Assembly: GCA_013265495.1 (NCBI GenBank)
Contig: MU058584.1
Span: forward strand, 7,344,407 to 7,408,406
DNA length: 64,000 nt
Direction: 5' to 3'
Source of the DNA: Vicugna vicugna
Taxonomy: Eukaryota
A program made the translations under genes and the position numbers. Positions 26,355 to 38,318 of the stretch are shown here, piece after piece; the stretch's first letter is position 1, and every line of letters begins with the position of its first letter. A model generated the notes under the pieces. The model was not told the origin of the DNA. It saw only the letters and a program-made list of their open reading frames with translations, and ran no database searches.

Positions 26355-27063
26355 ATTTGTTTTGACTTCCTAAGGGTTTTTTTGAGCTTATTTTTAATAT
26401 GAGTGAGACTCTTAAAAATCAGTTTTTTTCCCCCAAATGGAGAAGTTGCCAGGAACAGAGGCTAAAATAAAAGCATTTGTGGTTTTTGAAAAAGTTGTTA
26501 TATATCAGTTCTGTTCAATGAATGATTCTTTTAAATTAAACATCTACTATGTTTTAGGCTTGAACAAAAAGAAAGCAAGGACCGCAGATACACACGACCT
26601 TAACAATCCTGTGTGGTCAGAACTTTGATAGGAGGTGTACAGAATATATCATCATGATATTATATTCTGAAGTCTCAGAATTATAGATGCACATTTCAAA
26701 TTCATGTTGCTGTTTTGAATTTGTACTTGAATTTTAAGAGTTTCATGCATATACAATTCAAGTAAGTTTGTTAAATCTTACGTTAGAAATCAGCCTCTTT
26801 GCAAAGAGAGTAGGTCATCTGAAGATTAATAAATAGGTTTATCCAAGTGTAGAGAAGAACTTCCATTTGAGCTTTAAAAATGTATATTGAATATTAGAAT
26901 TATACATAAGATTATATCTACATTTGTGTATAATGTATAAATCATTATATCTAGATGTTTATATAACATAAAAAAGTATGTGAAATCTTAGTATTGGAAA
27001 CATGACAACAAAAAATTCATCTCATAGGTTTATAAAAAGTTTTTTTTACAAAAGTGTGTACTT

Positions 27064-27182
27064 TTTTTTTTTTTTCGTGGGGGAAGGTAATTTTATTTAT
27101 TTTTAGAGGAGGTACCGGGGATTGAACCCAGGACCTTGTGCATGCTAAGCACGTGCTCTACCACTGAGCTATACCCTCCCCC
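27064..27182 (-). mobile_element. tRNA-Ala-derived SINE (camelid Vic-1-like)
   Basis: Minus strand ggggagggtatagctcagtggtagagcacgtgcttagcatgcacaaggtcctgggttcaatccccggtacctcc plus an A tail. 16 bp TSD aca(a/g)aagtgtgtactt at 27048-27063 and 27183-27198. Confidence 0.9.
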
Positions 27183-27447
27183 ACAGAAGTGTGTACTTCT
27201 TGATATGCTGTTTTTATTGGAAAAAATAAAATAAACCTTATTATGGAATTCACTGTGAAAGAGAGAAAGCGAATAGATTTAGGACTTGAATATCAATGTA
27301 TATAAGTATGTATAACTTTACTTCTTTTTTAGAAATAAGAAAAAAGAGAAAAATATGGAGGCACTGGCACTTGGATTTTCATCAAGATTTTATCAGTATG
27401 AAAGGCCACTAAGATGTGGATTACTAAAACTGACATGTTCATTCCTT

Positions 27448-27466
27448 TTGCCACTAGGGGTCACTG
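27448..27466 (+). promoter_or_regulatory. CTCF-like motif
   Basis: TTGCCACTAGGGGTCACTG. Confidence 0.5.
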
Positions 27467-29489
27467 TAAAGACATTACATGAACAAGACTAAAATTTCTC
27501 TTTGTGGTGTTTGAATGTGGAAAAGAACACTATGAGAAAGAGTGAAAAATATGTAAGAAAAATAAAACAAAAGTATTCTTTCTTTTCCTTAATTTAATTA
27601 CACATTAGTGATATGAATCTTATAAGAATTCTCTTTATATTGATATATAGAGAAGTGTTGCATTGCTATTCAAGGTGGCGAATTTAATTAAAGTGAGTTT
27701 GGCCTTAGAGAATAATTGTGTTCTCATGTCTTTCTTGTTTCAAAAACAAGACATTTAAAACACAAGTAAAACCTATGCAATTTGATATGAATTATGATGT
27801 GACCATGAGCTTCTAACATTCCCATGGTACAGTAGCTCTTTTAAAAGTTGCTATAGAAACATTCTACAAGCCATCCCCAGAATATCTGTCCAAACCAGAT
27901 CTATATATAGTTATTTTTTAGGTCATTTTAAGAAAGTGACCATTAAAGCAAAAGTCTTCTGAATTTCTATAAGACCTTCATTTTCCTTGACTTTCGGAAT
28001 CCCTCTCTCCCTCCTTCCCACTCTCCTTCACTCTTCCTTTCATTTTTCTTCCCTCTGTTCTTTCTCTCCAGCATTTCTTGAGTGTTTGCTATGATTCTTG
28101 AGTAGAAGGAGGTCTATTTCTTCCACTGAGACAAGAATGAAGTAAGAAATTTAGTACATGCAGATAGAGGTTCATTTGTAGATATCTGGAGAGGCAATAA
28201 ACTCAACTTGCTTATTGACATAGATATTCTTCTGTTAAATAAGAAGCAAGGCTATAGGCTGAGAAAGAACTGGGAGTCCGGTTGGAGGGGGAGGTTGGGA
28301 GGGGGACAGTGAGGAGGGTAGGAGAGAAGAAGGGATTTGTGTAAGATGTTTGTGAACGGCCACTGTGGGGAAAAAGAAGGGAAAGTGGGCAACACTGAAG
28401 GACTCCACTGAGGCCAGAGCCCATCTGCACGAAGCTTCAGGATGTATGATTCCCAGAAACACTCAGCAGCTAGGGATTTTGAGAGGGAAATACTTGGATT
28501 GTGTTGGGGTCAGAATTTTGCAGGATCAGTTGGATTGAAAACAAAGTGGACAAAAGAGTCGAGAATATTGGAGAAAATAATAGTCGGAAAGATGTACTGT
28601 GAAATTCTTGGGAGAAAGGAAGAAAGTGAAGCCAGAAAGGACCTATAAGTTTTGGGGGAAATGGGGTGGTTCAGGGATGAAGTTCTGGATAAGACTGAAG
28701 AATAGCAATGCGTTATTCATAGCAGGTGAGTAAAGGAATTGGAACAATAGGAGTTTGTGGTTAGAGAGTAGAATATTAGAGTTTATAATTTACAGCTGGA
28801 ACAAGTCCAGATTGTAAGTGTCCAGGATGTGGTCATGGGAGGAAATTGCTAAAATGACATGCAGGTGAAAATCATTGAATAGAAGAGGTCAAGAAACTAA
28901 ATACATGAAGAGAAATGAATACAGCATCTTCACAAACATTGAAGCTGCCTGGATAATGGTAGAACTAAGGGTAGGGAAGACGACCGTGATGCTAAAACCT
29001 TCAGTAAAGTGTGAGTGTGAAGGTGGGTGTCTGGGCATTTGGTAGATGACAGCAACAAGGAGGATGAGAGGGTGCTATAGCCAGATGATATAAGGCTCCA
29101 AAGCAGTGTTTTTATGTGAAGGTGGAATACTTTGGTTTGGACCAGAACTGAGGAGTCAGGAAACTGTTAACCTTCATTCTCTTTTCCTCCGCCTGAGGTG
29201 CATGAGGGAAAGAACTGGATTTAAATGAAGGCAAGGAGGTGAGAGCAGTTGTTTAGACCGGAGCATTAGTGTGTTGGGTAATTTGGTGACAATAAAGACA
29301 GTTCCAGATGGTACAGTGAAAAGGACTGGCAGAAAGGCAGCAATGGGAGGAAGCAGGCAGCATGTTGAAATGAAAGTACAAGCTGTTTAGCTAGAATAAC
29401 CGAGAAACATTCTTAAGAAACTTTGTCTTAATAAGCAATCACATTAATAAAAGCGTAAGATGTATAAAAATTACATTTTAAAAAAGTAC

Positions 29490-29725
29490 GCCTGGTAGTT
29501 ATAGCACAAACTCTGGAGCCAAACTGCCTGGGTTTGAATCCTGACTCCACCAACTTACTAGCTGTGTGGTCTGGGGCAAATTTCCTAAACTCCCCGTATC
29601 TCAGTTTCCTCATCTGTAAAGTGGGGATAATAATACTACCTTTCTAATAAGATTGTAATGAAATTAAGTGACTTAGTATCTGTATAGTATTTAGAAAAGT
29701 GCCGGGCACTTCATAAGTGCTATAA
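29490..29725 (+). mobile_element. MIR SINE
   Basis: ctctggagccaaactgcctgggtttgaatcctgactccacc...tcagtttcctcatctgtaaagtggggataataatac. Confidence 0.88.
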
Positions 29726-29897
29726 AAGTAGTACATAAAATTAATTTGTTTTGTTGGTCAAAAAGTAGGTTTCCAGCTGTTGAATTTCAGATGAAGAAAG
29801 TTATTTTTCCTGCAGGAGCTTACGCATTCATGTGTTGTCACCCTCATAACCCATGATGATGCACAAAGCCAGAGCCAACTGGATTACCCATGCAGGG

Positions 29898-29899
<2 letters not shown>

Positions 29900-29931
<32 letters not shown>
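29900..29931. repeat. (TG)n microsatellite
   Basis: Directly visible. Confidence 0.95.
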
Positions 29932-29933
<2 letters not shown>

Positions 29934-30894
29934 CACAGTTTCTGGTAATGATGTGTAATACAAACCATGTTTAGTAGGTCCCAGCAGAGCTGATGAACTT
30001 AATAGACATTTTTGCTGTAGGAGAAATTCCTGTTCTGAAGAGGAGCTTGGATTTGGCTTGGGAGTGAAGGGTGACATTAAAAGAGGGATCTGGTGCTGTC
30101 AACTAATTCCAAGTTAACCAACTGGAACTTCAGTTAAGAGTTTCCATGCTATTGCCAGCAGAGTCCCTGGGTGAAGTTCTGGGCCAGAATATTTTGTGGT
30201 CAGCAGTCTGAGGTATCGCTTCAGGATTCCACATAGTATGCTGAGGGCTGTGTGTGGAATGTTATTAATTCTTGCCTGCAGTAAAAACCCCAGTATGACA
30301 AAGGTAAGATGGGAAATAAACGGCGGTCCCAGGTTCACTGCAGTGATAGAAGCCTGCAGGGCGGGTGTTGTGAAGACTTCCCGCCCTGGCAGTGAAAGAG
30401 GTTTCCTGATTGAACCCTAAGTGTGCTTTCTGGGAGGAGCTCACCCGTCTGCTGTCCATTGTTCTCCCAGGGCTCCGCTTTCTGGGGTTAGTTCCTGGTC
30501 CTCTGTGACGTATCTGAAGTGGAGATGAGGGGCTATAACCTTTGTGAGAGATGCCAGCTTTCACAGCCTGTTGTCCACTTGTAAAAACTTGGGGCCATAA
30601 AGTTTTAAGTTTTAAGACTCAAACTATCAAAGGCTTTTGCAGGCCAGACGTTTTGTTTTTTTGGGAATACAGTTTTTAAAAAAATTTGTTAAGGCTTAAC
30701 TCTCTGCTTCTAGTTAATTTCATGTACAAATAACTGCACCCAGAGCTTTTTCCTAGACATGGATCTGAACTATTTTATGTCTTTGTTTCCTTGCCACCGT
30801 TACTCTCCGCCCACCCCTCTTTGCTCTCTCTGTCTCTCAACTTACTGTGGTGACTTTGAGGCTACTTGAGGCTATAGGCTTGGGTAGGGAGTTA

Positions 30895-33540
30895 TGCAGT
30901 TTAAGTGTAAAGTTTGATGAGTTTTGACAAATATTTACACTCATGTATACCACAACCAAGATAAAGAACATTTCCATCACCCACAAAGGTTCCCATGTGT
31001 TCCTTTCCCAGTCAGTCTCCCCCTGGTCCCCCACTCCTGGCTCCAGGAAACCACTGATGTGCTTTTTGTCACTATACATTAGATTTGTCTTCAGAGTTTC
31101 ATATAAAATAGAATCATACAGTAACTACTCGTGGTGCCTGGCTTCTTTTGCTCAGTGTAATGTTTTTGAGATTCATCCATGTTGCTGCATGTTTAGTTCA
31201 TTCTTTTCAGTTGGTGAATGGTATTTCACTGTGGTAATGCCACATTTTGTTGAGTCATTTACACATTGACGGAACTTTAGTTTTCGCCACTTCTGGGTGA
31301 TTACAGATAAAGTTGCCATAAATATTTACGTACAAGTTTTCTATGTTCATATATTTTCATTTCTCTTGGGAAAATAAGAGTGGAATTGCCGGGTAAGTGT
31401 TATGTTTAATGTTTTTAGGAAACCACTAAGCTCTTCTCCAAAGTGGTTGTACGGATTTTATTCCCAGCAGCAATAGATGAGTGTTTCAGTTGCTCCACAT
31501 GCTCATCAACAATTGGTGTTGGTATTTTTACTTTAATTGTAGTCACTGTAATGTCTGTGTAGTGGTATTGATTTGCGATTCACTGGTGACTCTTGATTCT
31601 GAGCATCAGTCATTTCGTGTCCTAATAGGCCAATTGTAAATTTTCTTTTGTGATATGTCCGTTCAGTTCTTCTGCCTATTTTAATTTGTCTTCATAGTGT
31701 TAAGTTATGAATTAAAAAAATTTCTGATGCAACTATTTTATCATGAAATGCAAATATTTTCTCTCAGTCTATAGTTTGCTTTTAAAATATTTCTATATCT
31801 TTGAAAGAACAAGTTTTAATATTGGTGTGCAGTTTATTAACTTTTAAAATATGATTCACATTTTTTTAATCCCAAGAAATCTTGGCCTGGTCTAAATTTG
31901 CAAAGATTTTTGTCCCAGGTTTTCTTCTAGAAGTTTTGTAGTTTTAGCTTTAAGTTTAGATCAGTGATCCCTTTTTGGTATATCATGTAAAAAAGGGGTC
32001 AAAGTTAATTATTTTTGATGTGGGTATACAATTATTTCTGTACCATTTGTATAGAACAGGCTCACCTTTCTCCATTGAATTGCATTGGAATCTTTGTCCA
32101 AAACCAATTGCATGTGTGTGTGATCTATAATACAGAACTCTGTTCCATCCCATTGATCAGTATGTCTATCTCCATGTCAGTACCACACTGTCTTAATTAC
32201 TGTAGCTTTATAATAAGCTTTGAAATCTGATAATGCAAGTGTTACTCATTGCTTTGGTTATAGTAGTCACTTTGTCTTTTCATTTGAAATTTTTAATCAG
32301 CTTGTCAGTTTCTCCAAAAAAAAAACTTACTGGGATTTTGTTTGGAATTACATTAAATCTATACCTTGTGCTGTCTAATATACTGGCCATTAGCCACATG
32401 AGGCTATTAAAATTAAAGTTAAAATTAATTAAAACAAAACAAAATAAAATAAATTAATTCCTGAGTCACACTTCATTTCCAGTTCGATAACAACAAGTTG
32501 CCAATGGCTTCTGTATTGGAAAGCTCACATATAGAGAACATTTCCATGATTGCAGTAAGTTATATTCAACACTGCTATTATAGACCAATTTGGAGAGAAT
32601 TAACTTAACAGTATTGTATGCCTCAGTCAATGACCATGGTATTTTTTTTCATATATTTAGGTCTTCTCTGCAGCATATTACAGTTTTCAGCATATGTGTC
32701 TTACATATATTTTATCAAATTTATCCTTATGCATTTTATGATTTGGGATGCTATTGTAAATAGTATTTACATTTTTTTGTTTTCCAGTTTTTTTATTGTC
32801 AGTATATAGATGTGTACAATTTATTTTTGTATTTTGACCTTATATTCTGTGATCTCAATCCACTTAATAGTTCTGGTAGCCTTTTGTAGATTGTTTATAA
32901 TATTCTACATATACAGTTCTGTGATTAATGACAGTTTTTTCTTTATGACTTTATGCATTTGAATTATTATTCTTGCTTTGTTTCACTGGCTAGGACCTCC
33001 AGTATAATGTTGAGTTAAAGAGTGAGAGTGGATAATTTTATTGACTTTTTCAAAGAATCAACATTTGGTTTAATTGATTATATCTATTATTTATCTGTAT
33101 GCTATTTCATTTATTTCTACTCTTTATTATTTCCTTACCTCTATTTGCTTTGGATTTAATTTACTACTCCCTCTTTAGCTTCTTAAGGTCGCAGCTTAGA
33201 TCATTGGTTTTAAAGCTTTCTTATTTAGTAATATTATTTTAGACCTATAAATTCTCTATACATTCTTAATTAGCTGTGTACTATAAATGTTGATAAGTTG
33301 TGCTTTTATTTTATTCAGTTTAAAACATTCAGAAATTTCCCTGTGATTTCCTTTTTGACCATAGTACTTTAGAAATATGTTGTTTAATTTCCTAATATTT
33401 TGACATTTTCCAGATAACTTTCTGATACTCATTTTGCTATGATTTTATTCCTTTCAGATTTATTGAGATTTGTTTGTTGGTACCACATACGGTCGATTTT
33501 GATGAATGACCAATGTGCACTTGGAAAGTATTCTAATGTT
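30895..33540 (-). mobile_element. Ancient LINE-1 (L1M-type) fragments
   Basis: Reverse-oriented L1 3'UTR/ORF2 text (ttttgagattcatccatgttgc; ttctccaaagtggttgtac; ccagtaccacactgtcttaattactgtagc). Confidence 0.8.
32364..32576 (-). mobile_element. MER3 hAT-Charlie non-autonomous element
   Basis: tgtgctgtctaatatactggccattagccacatgaggctatt...agaacatttccatgattgcag resembles MER3. Confidence 0.7.
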
Positions 33541-33587
33541 GTTAACTTGTTCTATAGACATCTTCACATACTCTTATTTGCTTATTA

Positions 33588-33915
33588 CAGGCATATCTTG
33601 AGGCATTTCAGGTTCAGTTCCAGAGCACTGCAATGAAACAAATAACCCAATAAAGCAAGTCACACAAGTTTTGTTTGTTTGTTTCCCAGTGCATGGAAAA
33701 CAAAAAAAGTTATGTTTACACCATGATGTAGTCAATTAAGTATACAATAGAATTATGTCTAAAAGATGTATATACCTTAATTAAAAAATGCTTTATTTCC
33801 AAAAATGTTAACCATCCTCTGACAATGTGGAGTTGTCAGAAACCTTCAATTTATAAAAAAGTGCAAAATCTATGAAGTACAGTAAAGCAAAGTGCAGTAA
33901 AATGAGGTATACCTG
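33588..33915 (-). mobile_element. Internally deleted Tigger1 derivative (MITE) with both TIRs
   Basis: TA|caggcatatcttg...atgaggtatacctg|TA; both Tigger1 ends are present. Confidence 0.88.
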
Positions 33916-34208
33916 TATCTTCACATTTTCTTTTGCATCTTTAAACATTTTTTGCCTATTTTGATAGTTACTTTAGCATCATCTGTGATTTCTGTTGTTT
34001 CTAAGTGAGATATTATTGACTGATTTTTTTTTTTACTGCCCAATGGGGGTCACATTTTCCTTCTTTGTGTATCTAGCGATTTTTGTTTGAATGCTGGATA
34101 GTTTGAGCTTTACTTTGTTAAGTACTGAATTTTACTGTATTATTTTAAAATGTGCTGGACTTTGTTTTAGCAGGTAGTTGCGTTACTTATAGATCAGTTA
34201 GATTTTTT

Positions 34209-34533
34209 AATATATATTTTACTGAAGTGTAGTCAGTTATGGAAAACAGTATAGAGATTCCTCAAAAGACTAAAAATAGACTTACCATATGATGTAGCAA
34301 TCCCACTCCTGAGCATATATCCAGAGGGAACTTTAATTCAGAAAGATACATGCACCTCATGTCCACGGCAGCACTATATACAATAGCCAAGACATGGAAA
34401 CAACCTAAATTTCCATCGACAGATGACTGGATAAAGAAGTTGTGGTATATTTATACAATGGAATACTACTCAGCCACAAAAGTAGTAAAATAATGCCATT
34501 TGCAACAACATGGATGGACCTGTCTGGAGACTG
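34209..34533 (-). mobile_element. LINE-1 with 5' inversion
   Basis: 15 bp TSD tcagttagatttttt at 34194-34208 and 34534-34548; a short minus-strand 3' tip is followed by a plus-strand L1 segment. Confidence 0.85.
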
Positions 34534-35993
34534 TCAGTTAGATTTTTTGAAGCTCAATTTTAAGGTTTTTTTTTTTTTTAAAGGGAGGATCTGCAGTAAC
34601 CTTTACTGACGTTTGACCCTTGTAGTGTCTTTAATTCAACAGGTCTCTCCACTCTAGCTGGTGGGAACTTAATGATTCCCAGCCCTGTAAGCTCTGGGAA
34701 GCTTGTTTGGTTTAGATCTACCTGGAAGTTGCTTTTTGCCTAGCCATGTGGAGCTTTACCTTAGGCATACATACGTTCAAAGACTCAAGGGGACTGCCAT
34801 GCACATTTGTAGAGCTCTGTGTATTCACAACCCCCTATTGTCTGGTACAATATCCTGTAAATTCTAGCTGTCTTGGCCTGCTTGAAATCCAATCTGTGTC
34901 TCCTCAACTTGGCAGGACTACTGGGACCTCTTTGGAGTTTTCTTCCTTGCATGGTAGTCCAGAAATTACCTCCACGTAGAAATGGAATTATTGTATGACT
35001 GACTTTGTTTTTCTTAAGTATCACAGTCTTGTACAACCTGTTGTTTTATGCCTGAAAACAATTGTTTTGCATATTTTATCAGTTTTCTAGTTTACAGCAG
35101 AAGGGTACATCTGAACTCTTACTCTTTTAAGCTAGAAACAGAAATTACTGAGCTCCTTTGCTGAAGTGAAAATTCCTAGTGGATCTTTGTTGCTCAGAGC
35201 CTTTTCAGTCTTCTCTTCTCCAGTTTGAGTTACAAGAACAGTTCGCTTTTTCAATTATTAAGAGACCCAAATTTCTAGCTTCTCTTTGGTTCTTTTTATT
35301 TCAGCTGGCAAAATGATGAATTTCTTTTGTGAACTCATCTCTTAAATACCTTGTTTAAAGAAGCAAGGAACAACCAAGACAAATGAACCTTCTGGCCCTT
35401 TTCTCCTTTCAGTAGGCACTTAGTCTGCCTTATAAGTTATCACATGAGGCAGGTTTACAAAGTACACAGCTATTGGCGGAACATGAATCTTCATTTTTCC
35501 AAGTTGCAATACTTGTTTCCTTGCTACCTAATCTTGCTAAGCCAGGTTTTCATTACAGCAGGTCTCTTCTTCAAAGTACCACTGTTTGTACTGGTATACA
35601 GTAATAAATAGACTGAAACATGTAATGGTACAAGCAGTAGAAATATCTATCCGGAGTGAATTTTCAGGGTCGTGTGTTTCCTGTCTGTGACATTCAGATG
35701 CCCATATACTCCCGTTTTTCACCCATAGGGACTTACAGACTTATTATGGTTAGATCCATCAAGTGGAAGGTGGAAGAGCTGGCAGGAACACGTGTGGGAA
35801 GTTATGTAGACCAGGCCTAGAACATAGCACTTTACCCACATTCCACTGGCTAGAACTCAGTTACAGGCAGGTTATAAGGGGGATTGTAACTCAGTTGTAA
35901 GGGATATTTGAATATATGATTAAACTGTGTGCCAAGGAACAAGAAGAAAATGGATTTAGTTTGGGGGGTGGAAAGCAGGGAGATTTAAGTATA

Positions 35994-36642
35994 CGGCAGT
36001 CCCCCCCTTATACATGGAGGATGCGATCCAAGAACCACAGTAGGTGCCTGAAACTGGAAAGTACTGAACTCTAGATATAACTGTGTTTTTTTCTCTATAC
36101 ATACATATTCGTGGTGAGGTGTGACAGCAAAACTAGCATGAGTTTCTTTTTTCTTCACAATTTCATGAATAGAAGATTTATTCTTACCATTGGTCTTAGT
36201 AACCTTAGCATATGATTTTTTTTTCTTTCCTCAGTAAGCTGAGAACTTTCACCTTTTCACTTAAAGGAAGCTCTCTACAGCTTCCCTATGGCATATCCAA
36301 GTTTCCAGCATCACTACTCCTGCACTTTGTGGCCCTTATTTAAGTAAAATGAGGATTACTTGAACACAAGCATTAAGATGCTGTGACAGTCAATCTGATA
36401 ACCAAGAGGGCTACTCGGTAACTAATGGGAGAGATGTGCTGGACAAAGGGATGACTCACGTCCAGGGTGATGGGGCAGGACAGTGGGAGATTTCATCACA
36501 TTACTTAGAATGGTGCTCAATTTAAAACTTATGAATTGTTTATTTCTGAAACATTGCACTTAATATTTTTGGACCTCAGTTGACCTTGGGTAACTGAAAC
36601 CATGGAAAGTGATACCGCAGATAAGATGGGGGTGGGCTACTG
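35994..36642 (-). mobile_element. MER44 / Tigger7-family DNA transposon
   Basis: TA|cggcagtcccccccttat...ataagatgggggtgggctactg|TA; internal tttaaaacttatgaattgtttatttctg and ggtaactgaaacc. Confidence 0.88.
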
Positions 36643-37555
36643 TATGTAGATTCTTTTTCTTTTGTTTCTTCATGTCTTAGTCTATTTTAGAGTATAGATT
36701 CTCAGTGAAGGAACCACTCTGTACCTAAATTTTCTTATCTTTGGAGTTATTCTTTTTCCTTTCCCTCCCTTATCTCCTTTCTCCCTTTGCCCTGTCTTTC
36801 TCCTCTCCCTTCTTTCCACAGATTTTAAATCTTTCAAGTACTTTGCCAGATTCTGGGCATTGGTGAGCAAGATAGAGTCTTTGCTACCATAGCAACAGTA
36901 ATTTTTATGTTTTCCATTATTTACTTAATATTTTCCTAGTATGACATGCGATATTACCTGATGACTTTGAAAATGAAAGCTGTGTGTTATTCAGAATTGT
37001 TGGAAGTAAAAAGAAAATGATGTTAATGGAAAACTTATAGGAAAAAACGGTGAAACTATTTCCATTCATCACTGATTGCTTTCAGAAATAAAATATTCCA
37101 TAATCTTTGCCAAACAGAAAGAGCAACATTTACTTCAAACCATCTCCCCTGTCCCAAATCCCACCAAAACCCAAAACAACAACAAAAAAAAATGCGTTAA
37201 CTGAAGAGCATCTAATTTCCTCAGTCTGCTTTTAATTTTGCTGTGTACATGTTTACACTAACTCTTCATTGATTTTGTTTTCATTTCTGTTGTTTCAGTG
37301 TACACAGTGTTCCAGATTACTTTTCTGGCAACTGCTAATGTGGTTCGTGGCTTGGTTTTGTCTCATTTCTTAATTAGATGAAACAACATACTACTTATAA
37401 TTTAGTTGCATATATAAACTGAAGAAATGGCAATATTCTGATAGGAAAGTCTCTGTGTTGACAACGAACCTAGGTAACATGGTAGAATGGCATCATATTT
37501 TTTTTTGGAATTCTTACTTCAATTCTTGTCTAAACCTAAGAAAAATAAATACGCT

Positions 37556-38020
37556 TTTCACTCATTTATTCATATAATAAACAAACATTTATTGAGTTCC
37601 CACTCTATGTTTGGCACCTATATGAATTGCTTGGAATATGTAGATTATATCCAGTCCTTATTCTTGAAGAGATCATGACTCAGTGGGTGAGACAGGCAAA
37701 TAAGCAGATTCCTAGTATCATATAAGAACTATGGTTCCATGTACACAGAGAACTGTGAAGGCACAGAGAAGGGGTTCCAAACTTACGCTTGTGGGAGCCT
37801 GGTTAAGGACCTGCAGGAGAGGTCTGTTAGGTATTTTGAAGATTGAGTAGGAGTTGACCAAGAAGGGAAGAGAAGGGAAGGATATTTGGAGCTGAGGGGG
37901 ATAGTGTTACGAAGGTGAAGAGGCAAGAATGTGTGATCACATGGAGAACTGCAACTCATTGGATATGAGTGGAGTTTAGGGTTGGAGTAGAGTGGGCGTA
38001 GTGGTGAGAAACAAAATTGG
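37556..38020 (-). mobile_element. LINE-2 3' fragment
   Basis: cattta...aaacaaacatttattgagttcccactctatgtttggcac is the reverse L2 tail. Confidence 0.65.
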
Positions 38021-38094
38021 TGAGCTCTCAACTTTCATTTATTGAGTGATTTTTATATACCAAGTACTTACCATGTGTTATGTTATTTAATTGT

Positions 38095-38318
38095 CTTTAA
38101 TAGACTTTATTTTGTAAAGAAATTTATATAGGTTTGTAGAAAAACTTGAATAGAAGGTATAGCAAGTTCTCATGCATTTCTTGTCCCCACACACGCACAG
38201 CCTCCCCAACTATTAATATCCCCCACCAGACTGGTACATTTGTTACCACTGTTGAGCCTACATTGACACATCATTATCACTCAAAGTCCATAGTTGATGT
38301 TAGGGTTCACTCCTGGTG
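38095..38318 (-). mobile_element. L1MC/MD-type 3'UTR fragment
   Basis: ccccaccagactggtacatttgttac...cattgacacatcattatcactcaaagtccatagtt...tagggttcactcctggtg. Confidence 0.75.

Noticed and set aside
27110..27182. Apparent tRNA-Ala gene
   Set aside because: It has a SINE tail, poly-A and a TSD, so it is a retroposed SINE.
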